Shown here: in pieces, positions 25,020-32,000 of the stretch | Position numbering within the stretch: the first letter of the stretch is position 1 | Layout: each line of letters opens with the position of its first letter | Assembly (NCBI RefSeq): GCF_003324675.1 | Contig: NZ_CP030918.1 | Location: 630,001 to 662,000, forward strand | DNA from: Paracoccus suum | Lineage (GTDB): Bacteria > Pseudomonadota > Alphaproteobacteria > Rhodobacterales > Rhodobacteraceae | Length of the DNA stretch: 32,000 bases | Direction: 5' to 3' | Position numbers and translations under genes: made by a program | Notes under the pieces: model-generated | What the model was told of the DNA's origin: nothing | What the model saw: the letters and a program-made list of their open reading frames with translations, nothing else | The model's database searches: none

Positions 25020-27661
25020 CAGACCTCCGGCACCAGGACTTCGCGCTTGCCGACATGGTTCGCCGTTGACACCACACCCTGCTCTTCCATCTGCTCGACC
25101 AGTCGCGCGGCCTTGTTGTAGCCGATTGCCAGCTTGCGCTGGATGTAGCTGGTCGAACATTTGCGGTCCTTGGCAACGATCGCCACCGCCTGATCGTAAA
25201 GCTGATCGTCGCCGCCGTCCCCGCCAAGCCCGAGGACCGCGTCAATATCGACCTCGCTGTCGTTGTCTCCACCGGAGACGACGCCGGACATATAGCTGGG
25301 CGGCCCGAAGGACTTCAGGTGGGTGACGATCTCCTCGACCTCCTCGTCGCTGACGAACGGGCCATGAACGCGCGTGATCTTGGACCCGCCCGCCATGTAG
25401 AGCATGTCGCCCTGCCCCAGCAGTTGCTCGGCCCCCTGCTCGCCCAGAATGGTGCGGCTGTCGATCTTTGACGTGACCTGAAAGCTGATGCGGGTCGGGA
25501 AGTTCGCCTTGATGGTGCCGGTGATGACATCGACCGAGGGACGCTGCGTCGCCATGATCAGGTGGATGCCGCTGGCCCGAGCCATCTGCGCCAGGCGCTG
25601 GATGCAGGCCTCGATCTCCTTGCCGGCGACCATCATCAGGTCGGCCATCTCGTCGACGATCACGACGATATAGGGCACCGACTCGGGCATGAACTCTTCG
25701 GTATGGAACACCGGCTCACCGGTATCCTCGTCAAAGCCGGTCTGGACGGTGCGGCGGAACATCTCGCCCTTGGCGAGCGCCTCGCGAACGCGGCCGTTGT
25801 AGCCCTCGATGTTGCGCACGCCCATCTTGGACATGCGCCGATAGCGGTCCTCCATCTCGCCCACGACCCATTTCAGGGCGACAACTGCCTTTTTAGGGTC
25901 GGTGACAACGGGAGAGAGCAGGTGCGGGATGCCGTCATAGACTGACAGCTCCAGCATCTTGGGGTCGATCATGATCAGCCGGCATTCCTCGGGCGTCAGC
26001 TTGTAGAGCAGTGACAGGATCATGGTGTTGATGGCAACCGACTTGCCGCTGCCGGTGGTGCCGGCGATGAGCAGATGCGGCATCTTGGCGAGGTTGGCGA
26101 CCACCGGCTCGCCGCCGATGTCCTTGCCCAGTGCCAGCGGCAGCGGCTGGGTCCCGTCACCATAAGCGCGCGCTGCCAAAATCTCGCGCAGCACGACCTT
26201 TTCGCGGCGGGCGTTAGGCAACTCGATGCCGATGACGGTCCGGCCCGGCACGGTGCTGACGCGCGCCGACAGGGCCGACATGCTGCGGGCGATGTCGTCA
26301 GACAGCCCGATGACCCGGCTCGCCTTGAGGCCGGGCGCAGGCTCCAGCTCATAAAGCGTCACCACCGGGCCGGGGCGCACCTCGGTGATCTGTCCCTTGA
26401 CGCCATAGTCGTCCAGCACCGCCTCCAGCATGCGGGCATTTTCCATCAGCGCTTCCTGGCTCAGCTGATAGCGCTCGTTCGGGACGGCCGCGCTCAGCAG
26501 CGACAGGGGCGGACGTTCGTAATGGCTGTCCTGGGCCGACAGGGGCAGTTGCGGCTGCGCTTCGGCCCGCGCCTGGCGCGAGGGCGCTGGCGCACGCGAG
26601 GGAGCGACGACCACGCGGCTGCGCCCTTCGCCAAAAGGCGCGGCCGCCGGGCCGTTCGGGACGATCACATCGGTGTCGTCCAGATCATCGGCCGACCAAT
26701 CGCCGGCCGAGCCGGTATTGCTGATGGCGCGCACAGGCTTTGGCCGGGAAAGGCGCGCGGTGACGGCGGCCAGCACGCTGCTGCGGATGCTTTCCGGCTC
26801 GGGCGCAGTGCCGTCCCATTCGACCTCGTCCTCGACCAGCTCCGGTTCCAGCACCGGTGCCGCGGGGCGTAGCCGCGACAGCAGCCCGCGCCGTGGGGCA
26901 TCGCCGCTCATCGCGTCGGCGAGGGCGGCACCCGAGACCTCGCCCTCGATCTTGCGGGTGCGGCGGGCGGCGGCCTTGGCCTGCACCCCGCGCGCCGCGG
27001 CGACCGAGGCGACGGCGCCGCGGCCGAATACGGTCATCGCCATGGCATAGGCCGTGGCGAGGCCGGCGGCCAGGAAACGGCCGACGGACAGCAACTCGCG
27101 TCGGTCAAAGCCCAGAACGAAGGCGCCGAACACCAGTGTCGCGATCGCGACGCCGGCTTCGAGAAACCGGATGCCGATGGCGACCGGCAGTGGCAGCATG
27201 TTCAGGATCGCGCCGGTGACCATGTCGCCGAAATGGCCGCCGAGGCCGTAATTGGGCGTCCAGCCCGTGGGTGGCGTCATCGCGGTCGCCCAGACCGAGA
27301 CAAGCGCCACCAGAATCGGCAGGAAGATCGCGCGCATGACGCGGTCCTCGCCCCGGTGCGTCATCAGTCGTAAACCCCAGACGAGGCCGCCCGCGACCAG
27401 GGCCCAGGCGCCCTTGCCAGCGATCATCAGCAGGGCCGAGGCAACATAGGCACCGATCCCGCCCAGCCAGTTCGCGGCAGGCTGGTCGGTCGCCGCCAGA
27501 AAGCCGGGATCATCCGGCGAAAAGCTGGCGAGCATCATCGCAACCGCGATGCCCAGCGTGATCAGCACCGCACCGACCAGTTCCTTGCCCCGGCGCTCCA
27601 GCGCGGCCTGGGTGTTCTGGTCGAACAGCGGATCGCGGTGTTTCGCTTGCCAGCTGGCCAT
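25019..27661 (-). CDS. ftsK: DNA translocase FtsK (880 aa)
   Basis: N-terminal membrane domain, a Pro/Ala-rich linker, a motor domain ([37 protein letters not shown]) and a C-terminal gamma wHTH ([24 protein letters not shown]). Confidence 0.95.
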   Translation of the reverse strand: MASWQAKHRDPLFDQNTQAALERRGKELVGAVLITLGIAVAMMLASFSPDDPGFLAATDQPAANWLGGIGAYVASALLMIAGKGAWALVAGGLVWGLRLMTHRGEDRVMRAIFLPILVALVSVWATAMTPPTGWTPNYGLGGHFGDMVTGAILNMLPLPVAIGIRFLEAGVAIATLVFGAFVLGFDRRELLSVGRFLAAGLATAYAMAMTVFGRGAVASVAAARGVQAKAAARRTRKIEGEVSGAALADAMSGDAPRRGLLSRLRPAAPVLEPELVEDEVEWDGTAPEPESIRSSVLAAVTARLSRPKPVRAISNTGSAGDWSADDLDDTDVIVPNGPAAAPFGEGRSRVVVAPSRAPAPSRQARAEAQPQLPLSAQDSHYERPPLSLLSAAVPNERYQLSQEALMENARMLEAVLDDYGVKGQITEVRPGPVVTLYELEPAPGLKASRVIGLSDDIARSMSALSARVSTVPGRTVIGIELPNARREKVVLREILAARAYGDGTQPLPLALGKDIGGEPVVANLAKMPHLLIAGTTGSGKSVAINTMILSLLYKLTPEECRLIMIDPKMLELSVYDGIPHLLSPVVTDPKKAVVALKWVVGEMEDRYRRMSKMGVRNIEGYNGRVREALAKGEMFRRTVQTGFDEDTGEPVFHTEEFMPESVPYIVVIVDEMADLMMVAGKEIEACIQRLAQMARASGIHLIMATQRPSVDVITGTIKANFPTRISFQVTSKIDSRTILGEQGAEQLLGQGDMLYMAGGSKITRVHGPFVSDEEVEEIVTHLKSFGPPSYMSGVVSGGDNDSEVDIDAVLGLGGDGGDDQLYDQAVAIVAKDRKCSTSYIQRKLAIGYNKAARLVEQMEEQGVVSTANHVGKREVLVPEV

Positions 27662-27662
27662 C

Positions 27663-28883
27663 TTACCCCCTCGCCCCGTAGAGCGTGTCGCGCAGCCGCG
27701 TCAGGGCAGCCTCGGTCGTCGGCGCGTCATCGACGAGTGCCACGCGGATATAGCCGTCGCCCGGATTGCCCGTCTCGGTGTCGCGCGAGAGGTAAGCTCC
27801 TGGCAGGACCTGGATGCCGGCGTTGCGCCACAAATGGACGGCCGCGGCCTCGCCATCGCCCAGCGCCTCGGGCACCGGCAGCCACAGGAAGAATCCGCCG
27901 GCGGGCGAGCGATAGCCAGGCACGTTGCCAAGGATGCGGTCGGCGATGGCGTATTTGTCCTGGTAGAGGGCGCGGTTGGCGGTGACGTGCTCCTCGTCCG
28001 ACCACGCACGCTCGGACACGCGCTGCAACGGCAGGGCGACCGGCGCGCCCGAATAGCTGCGTAGCACCCGCAGGCGGGCGATCTGATCCGGTCCACCCGC
28101 CGCGAAACCAGAGCGAAGGCCCGGCAGGTTCGAGCGCTTGGAGAGCGAGTTGAACATCACGACGCGGTGCGGCAGCCCCATGCGATGCGCAACCGCCAAC
28201 GCGCCCGGAGGCGGCGCATCGCGCCAGATCTCGGAATAGCACTCATCGGCAAAGACGAGGAAATCATGCTTTTCCGCCAACTCGATCAGCGTCTGCAGAT
28301 ACCCCTCGGACGCGATCGAGCCTTGCGGGTTGGCCGGCGAGCAGATGTAAGCGATCGCCGTGCGCGCCAGCAATTCGGGCGGCAGGCCGGCGTAATCGGG
28401 CTGGTCGTCGGTGTGGGCCGAGGCCGGAACGAACACCGCCTCGGCGCCGACCGCGGCGGCGGCGACGGCATAGACCTGATAGAATGGGTTCGGGATCAGG
28501 ATCGCAGGCTGCGCCCCCGCCTTTTCCTGCGGGCAAAGAGCGAGCGCTGCGTTGAAAAGCCCCTCGCGCGAGCCGTTCAGCGCTGTGATCTGCGACGGGG
28601 GGACGTCAATCCCGTAACGCGTTGAAAGCCAGCCAGAAATCGCAGCCAGCAGTTGCGGCGTGCCCTCGTTCGGCGGGTACTTCGCCAACTCGCCAACGGA
28701 CGCGTCCATCACCTCGGGCACCCATTCGGGAAAGGCGTGGCGCGGCTCGCCGATGGTCATGATAACGGGGTCGCCCCCCGGCTCGATGCCCGCAAGAAGC
28801 TTCCGCAGGCGCGGAAACGCGTATTCCGGCAGGTTCGCGAACCGCTCGGGTGATGCCATGTCTGCCTCGCTCGTCGGGGTCAT
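27663..28883 (-). CDS. Class I/II PLP-dependent aminotransferase (DapC/AspC-like)
   Basis: …[10 protein letters not shown]…GEPRH…YPPNEGTP…NPFYQVY…CSPANPQG…[17 protein letters not shown] (PLP lysine context)…. Start at ATG 28883, or at ATG 28859, which has the better GAGG spacing. Its TAA stop is 1 nt from the ftsK ATG. Confidence 0.85.
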   Translation of the reverse strand: MTPTSEADMASPERFANLPEYAFPRLRKLLAGIEPGGDPVIMTIGEPRHAFPEWVPEVMDASVGELAKYPPNEGTPQLLAAISGWLSTRYGIDVPPSQITALNGSREGLFNAALALCPQEKAGAQPAILIPNPFYQVYAVAAAAVGAEAVFVPASAHTDDQPDYAGLPPELLARTAIAYICSPANPQGSIASEGYLQTLIELAEKHDFLVFADECYSEIWRDAPPPGALAVAHRMGLPHRVVMFNSLSKRSNLPGLRSGFAAGGPDQIARLRVLRSYSGAPVALPLQRVSERAWSDEEHVTANRALYQDKYAIADRILGNVPGYRSPAGGFFLWLPVPEALGDGEAAAVHLWRNAGIQVLPGAYLSRDTETGNPGDGYIRVALVDDAPTTEAALTRLRDTLYGARG

Positions 28884-28968
28884 CTCGCCCCGTTTGTGTG
28901 TCAAGGTAACGAAATCGCGCGTGTCCGTCCAGCACGCGGCAGGGCGGCGTGGGAAATTCTGGGCTGCC

Positions 28969-30294
28969 TCAGGCGAGGGCCGCCTCCAGCGCGTCGGCAA
29001 CGACCAGCAGGCGGCGGTCATCGCCGACCGCGCCCATGGCCATCAGGCCGCACGCGGGCTGCTGGGTGGGCAGGCTGATGCCCGGCAGCCCCAGCAGGTT
29101 GCCAATGCGCGTGTTGCGCAGCGCCAGGATATTTTCCGCCGCGAAGAACGCCTCGTCCCCTGCCAGCTTTGCCGCATCGGGCGGCAAGATCGCACTGGTG
29201 GGCAGCAGCACCGCGTCATACCCCGCCACCGCCTCGGCCCAGCGAAGCCGCAGCCTGTTCAGCTGGTCCCAGCCCGCGACATAGTCGGCGGCCGATACAT
29301 CGCGCCCGGCCCGGAACCGGGTCAGGATCGGCGGATACATCACGTCAGGCGCGATCTCGATCTGCGCTTTCCACAGCCCGTAGGCCTCGGGGGTGAACAG
29401 CACGGGGGTCAGGGCCGCGGCCTCGCGCACGCAATCAGGCGCGGCGCGGCTGATGCGGGCGCCTGCACGGCCGAGCGTATCGATCGCCATCTCGAAGGCC
29501 GCTGCCGGCGCCTCGCGGATCTCGTCAAAGGGCAGTCCCTCCAGCACCAGCAGGCGCAGATCACCGATGCCGAGCCCGTCCAGGTCGGGTGCCTTTTGCC
29601 CGGCCAGCAGCGCGAAAATCGCGGCGCAATCGGCGACGTTGCGGCCGATGGGTCCGATTGCGTCGAACCGCCGGCAGAGCGGCACCACCCCCTCGGCCAG
29701 CAGCGCGCCCGGCGTCGGCTTGAAGCCGGTCACGCCGTTCCACACCGCCGGCAACCGGATCGAGCCGCCAGTGTCGCTGCCGATGGCAGCCGCCGCGAGG
29801 CCGAGCGCAACGGAAACAGCCGCGCCGCTGCTGGAGCCGCCGGGCGCGAGGTCCGGGTCATAGGCATTCGGCGGCGTCGCGGTCGAGGGGTTCACCCCCA
29901 GGCCGGAAAAGGCCAGCTCCGTCATATGGGTCTTGCCGAGGCAGACCAGCCCCGAGGCCGTGGCCGCCGCCAGTGCCGCCGCATCACGATCGGGGACGCG
30001 CCCGGCAAGCAGCCGCGAGCCTGCCTCGGTCGCAACCCCGGCGCTGTCGATATTGTCCTTCCAGCTGAGGGCGACCCCGTCCAGCAGCCCGCGGCGCAGA
30101 CCGGCCCGCGCCCGGTCATGCGACGCAATCGCCTCGGCCCGTGCGCGCTCGGGCGTCATCCGGGCATAAATGCGCGTGCCATAGGGATGGGCCGCGGCGG
30201 CGGCGAGGTAAGCCTCGGTCTGGTCCACCGGGTCCAGCACGCCGGCCATCATCGCCTGCCCTTGCTCGACCGCAGTCGCCTTCAACCAGTCCAT
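28969..30294 (-). CDS. Amidase-signature family amidase (GatA-like), about 441 aa
   Basis: GKTHMTELAFSGLGVNP…APGGSSSGAAVSVALGLAAAAIGSDTGGSIRLPA is the canonical amidase-signature Ser-Ser-Lys region. Start taken as ATG 30294 (MDWLK), 6 nt after AAGGGGG, with ATG 30300 as an alternative. Confidence 0.88.
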   Translation of the reverse strand: MDWLKATAVEQGQAMMAGVLDPVDQTEAYLAAAAAHPYGTRIYARMTPERARAEAIASHDRARAGLRRGLLDGVALSWKDNIDSAGVATEAGSRLLAGRVPDRDAAALAAATASGLVCLGKTHMTELAFSGLGVNPSTATPPNAYDPDLAPGGSSSGAAVSVALGLAAAAIGSDTGGSIRLPAVWNGVTGFKPTPGALLAEGVVPLCRRFDAIGPIGRNVADCAAIFALLAGQKAPDLDGLGIGDLRLLVLEGLPFDEIREAPAAAFEMAIDTLGRAGARISRAAPDCVREAAALTPVLFTPEAYGLWKAQIEIAPDVMYPPILTRFRAGRDVSAADYVAGWDQLNRLRLRWAEAVAGYDAVLLPTSAILPPDAAKLAGDEAFFAAENILALRNTRIGNLLGLPGISLPTQQPACGLMAMGAVGDDRRLLVVADALEAALA

Positions 30295-30420
30295 GCGCAT
30301 CCCCCTTCCCGGCCAGGCGCACAGGCTAACCCGGCACACATCCGCCGCGCAACGCGCCACAGACCGGGGCAATCACTTAGGATGGTGAGCGCCCGCGGTG
30401 GTCGGTCCGACGCAACGATC

Positions 30421-30594
30421 CTAACGCAGCGCGCCCTCCCCCGGCGCCGCATAGATCGATTCCACGATCGGGTTGCTGGCCAGTGAGGGCAGGTCGGATG
30501 GCGCGACCTCGACGATCCAGCCGCGAAGCTTGTTGGCGTCACGTACCGTGACCGGCAGCGTGTCCAAGGCGGTGGCTACACGCCAGATACCCAT
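30421..30594 (-). CDS. Small hypothetical protein, 57 aa (not in the ORF track)
   Basis: My reverse translation from ATG 30594: MGIWRVATALDTLPVTVRDANKLRGWIVEVAPSDLPSLASNPIVESIYAAPGEGALR, ending at TAG 30423-30421. GAGAGG lies 7 nt upstream. Third codon positions are mostly G/C, like the host genes. It is on the same strand as the amidase and 126 nt upstream of it. I recognise no family. Confidence 0.4.
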   Translation of the reverse strand: MGIWRVATALDTLPVTVRDANKLRGWIVEVAPSDLPSLASNPIVESIYAAPGEGALR

Positions 30595-30609
30595 GGAGAG
30601 ACCTCTCGG

Positions 30610-31110
30610 CGAAGAGACGCGGGCAGGAATTGGCAGCCATGAAATGCAAAATTTTTCGACGCTTGGCCCGAAATGACCGGAACGCTGATTCGTTTGGAGA
30701 TCGACTGCCTATTGTAGACAACATGCTAAGAGAATACCCGAGCGAAAGGCTGCCATTTTTGAAGGATCACACTGCGAACGCTTTGGCTATGGGGAGGGAA
30801 CAGGTTTGCTTGTGGCACAAAAATATCTTATAAACTTTTTGGTAGATTGCGGAATTAGTTTGGGATTTAAAATACCTTTACGCCGTGAGTCAAAGGAGCC
30901 CCAGTCAGCTTCCAACATCATGGCGGCCATTGCCGGATGTTGCCAGATATCGGATCCACGGCAAGGAGCGCTTAATTTTAGTATTGGGGCGAAGATTGGC
31001 CGGTGGCGGATAAATCGCGCTCCCTTCCCCCTCCTCCAAGCTGCTCGGAAAGTGAAGTTCTAAATTTTCTATGGGTTTAGTGGTTGCGCCAAAGAAATTG
31101 ACCGGGATTT
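30610..31110. other. Low-GC (about 49% vs about 67%) stretch without a convincing gene
   Basis: My manual count over 30601-31080 gives about 237 G+C in 480 nt. The only ORFs are short and use AT-rich codons (30630..30833 +, 30806..31063 +, 30905..31186 -). Confidence 0.6.
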
Positions 31111-32000
31111 TCCTGCCTGCCTGAGCGGCTGCCCAAAAGCTTGGCGGTGGGCCTTGCTCAGTGCTGGCGCCCCCGAATACCCGCACCGTAACGCGATTTC
31201 CCGCAGGTTCAGGTCGGTGCTGGCCGCCATATCCCTCGCACGGGCGAGGCGGAGCATCTGGAAGTAGCGGCCGGGCGCCATGCCGACCTCGAACCGGAAC
31301 ATGCGATCAAGCTTTCCCAGCGAAACGCCGGCCTCGGCTGCGATCCGCTCCAGCGGCGGCGCGGCCTCAATCTGGCTGGACATCAGGGCGACGATCTGGC
31401 GTAGGCGGGCGCTGCCGCTGCCCGGAAGGCGGGCGCGGGGCTGGTCGGGCGTCAGGCTGGCGTCGTGCAGGAACATGTTGGCCGCGAGGAAGGCGTTGGC
31501 CTGTCCGAACCGCTCGCCGATGAAGACCAGCATCAGGTCGAGCGCCGCCGACGCGCTGCCGCAGGACCAGATGCGGCCTTGGGTGACGTGCTTGTCGGGA
31601 GCGACCTGCACCTCCGGGAAGGCCTCGGCGAAATCCGCAAGCAAGGACCAGTGAAGCGTGGCGCGCTGGCCTGACAGCAGGCCAGCCGCGGCGATGATCC
31701 AGGCGCCGGTATCGGCACCGACGACAATCGCCGCCGCGCGCGCAAGGCGCCGCACGTGGCGGGCATGCCTGGCATGGTCCGCATAGCCGTAGCCCGCCAC
31801 CAGGATCAGCATGTCGTACCCCGTTGCCGCTGGACCGTCGGGCGCAATCTGCAGCCCGCTCGAGGAGCGGACCGGCCGTTCATCCGGCGTCAGCACCTGC
31901 CAGCTGATATCGTGGCCGGTCTGGTCGCGCACGGCACGTAGCGGCTCCAGCAGGCACGACAGGACCATGTTGGAAAAGCCGTCGAACAGAAGGAAGCCGA
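31069..32000 (-). CDS. GlxA-family (DJ-1/PfpI domain + AraC-type HTH) transcriptional regulator; 5' end lies beyond the window end
   Basis: The reverse translation is open through position 32000 (…GFLLFDGFSN-MVLSCLLEPLR…), so the listed M is internal. It has a DJ-1-like domain (ILVAGYGY…GADTGAWIIAAAGLL…ATLHWS) and a C-terminal AraC HTH (…LERIAAEAGVSLGKLDRMFR…YFQMLRLARARDM…LREIALRCGYSGAPALSKAHRQAFG). Confidence 0.85.
   Translation of the reverse strand, partial: GFLLFDGFSNMVLSCLLEPLRAVRDQTGHDISWQVLTPDERPVRSSSGLQIAPDGPAATGYDMLILVAGYGYADHARHARHVRRLARAAAIVVGADTGAWIIAAAGLLSGQRATLHWSLLADFAEAFPEVQVAPDKHVTQGRIWSCGSASAALDLMLVFIGERFGQANAFLAANMFLHDASLTPDQPRARLPGSGSARLRQIVALMSSQIEAAPPLERIAAEAGVSLGKLDRMFRFEVGMAPGRYFQMLRLARARDMAASTDLNLREIALRCGYSGAPALSKAHRQAFGQPLRQAGKSRSISLAQPLNP

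Noticed and set aside
28660-30486. 608-aa plus-strand ORF opposite the amidase
   Set aside because: Antisense shadow. The Arg-rich translation has no motifs.
30421-30594. Idea that the 57-aa ORF is a GatC/AtzG-like small partner subunit of the amidase-signature enzyme
   Set aside because: GatC and AtzG are helical, Ala/Leu/Glu-rich peptides. This sequence looks beta-rich and shows no resemblance I can see. The idea is kept only as something to test, not as an annotation.
30630-31063. Short ORFs inside the low-GC stretch (30630..30833 +, 30806..31063 +, 30905..31186 -)
   Set aside because: They have non-ATG or poorly spaced SD starts, no recognisable family, and mutually overlapping frames. 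This evidence is insufficient to call coding genes.
30622-31117. MITE-like interpretation of the low-GC stretch from the 8-bp terminal inverted repeat and 11/12-nt direct repeats
   Set aside because: Matches of this length are expected by chance when all pairs within about 500 bp are considered. No target-site duplication is evident and no transposase is present.
1-32000. Scan for CRISPR arrays, tRNA/rRNA genes, transposases/integrases and recognisable defence or toxin-antitoxin genes
   Set aside because: None recognised by eye. Outside the features listed, the intergenic regions are short and every sizeable ORF is assigned to a known family or to an antisense shadow.

Overview
High-GC (about 66-68%) chromosomal segment. 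The gene content (GcrA, MipZ, Ccr, a DctP very like the Rhodobacter capsulatus protein, and an ffh-rpsP-rimM-trmD-rplS operon) points to an alphaproteobacterium of the Rhodobacterales/Paracoccus type; this assignment is an inference. I support 30 protein-coding genes, two of them running off the window ends. From start to end they are: (1) a dicarboxylate-type catabolic cluster with CoA-transferase, acyl-CoA dehydrogenase, an MmgE/PrpD protein, a divergent LysR regulator, a class I Fe-S fumarase/mesaconase-type hydro-lyase and a solitary dctP; (2) argD-argF; (3) a solitary ABC-2 permease and gcrA; (4) a ku-ligD NHEJ pair; (5) mipZ; (6) the ffh-GNAT-chorismate mutase-rpsP-rimM-trmD-rplS-rpmE ribosomal/SRP operon; (7) an HTH-less LysR fragment; (8) an OpgC-like membrane protein; (9) ccr; (10) an amidase-aminotransferase-ftsK-HExxH protein operon; (11) a roughly 0.5 kb low-GC (about 49%) stretch with no convincing gene; (12) a GlxA/AraC-type regulator. 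I recognised no rRNA, tRNA, CRISPR array, transposase or integrase. Most long ORFs in the track are antisense shadows of real genes, as expected at this GC content. I did not find a convincing new multi-gene system such as a defence island. The observations most worth follow-up are: an identical AT-only palindromic 14-mer upstream of two separate genes in the dicarboxylate cluster; the unusual gene combination in that cluster; an ORF-track-invisible 57-codon ORF upstream of the amidase; the low-GC stretch at 30.6-31.1 kb; a LysR effector-domain-only ORF; and the translational coupling of ftsK to a DUF2268-like metalloprotease.
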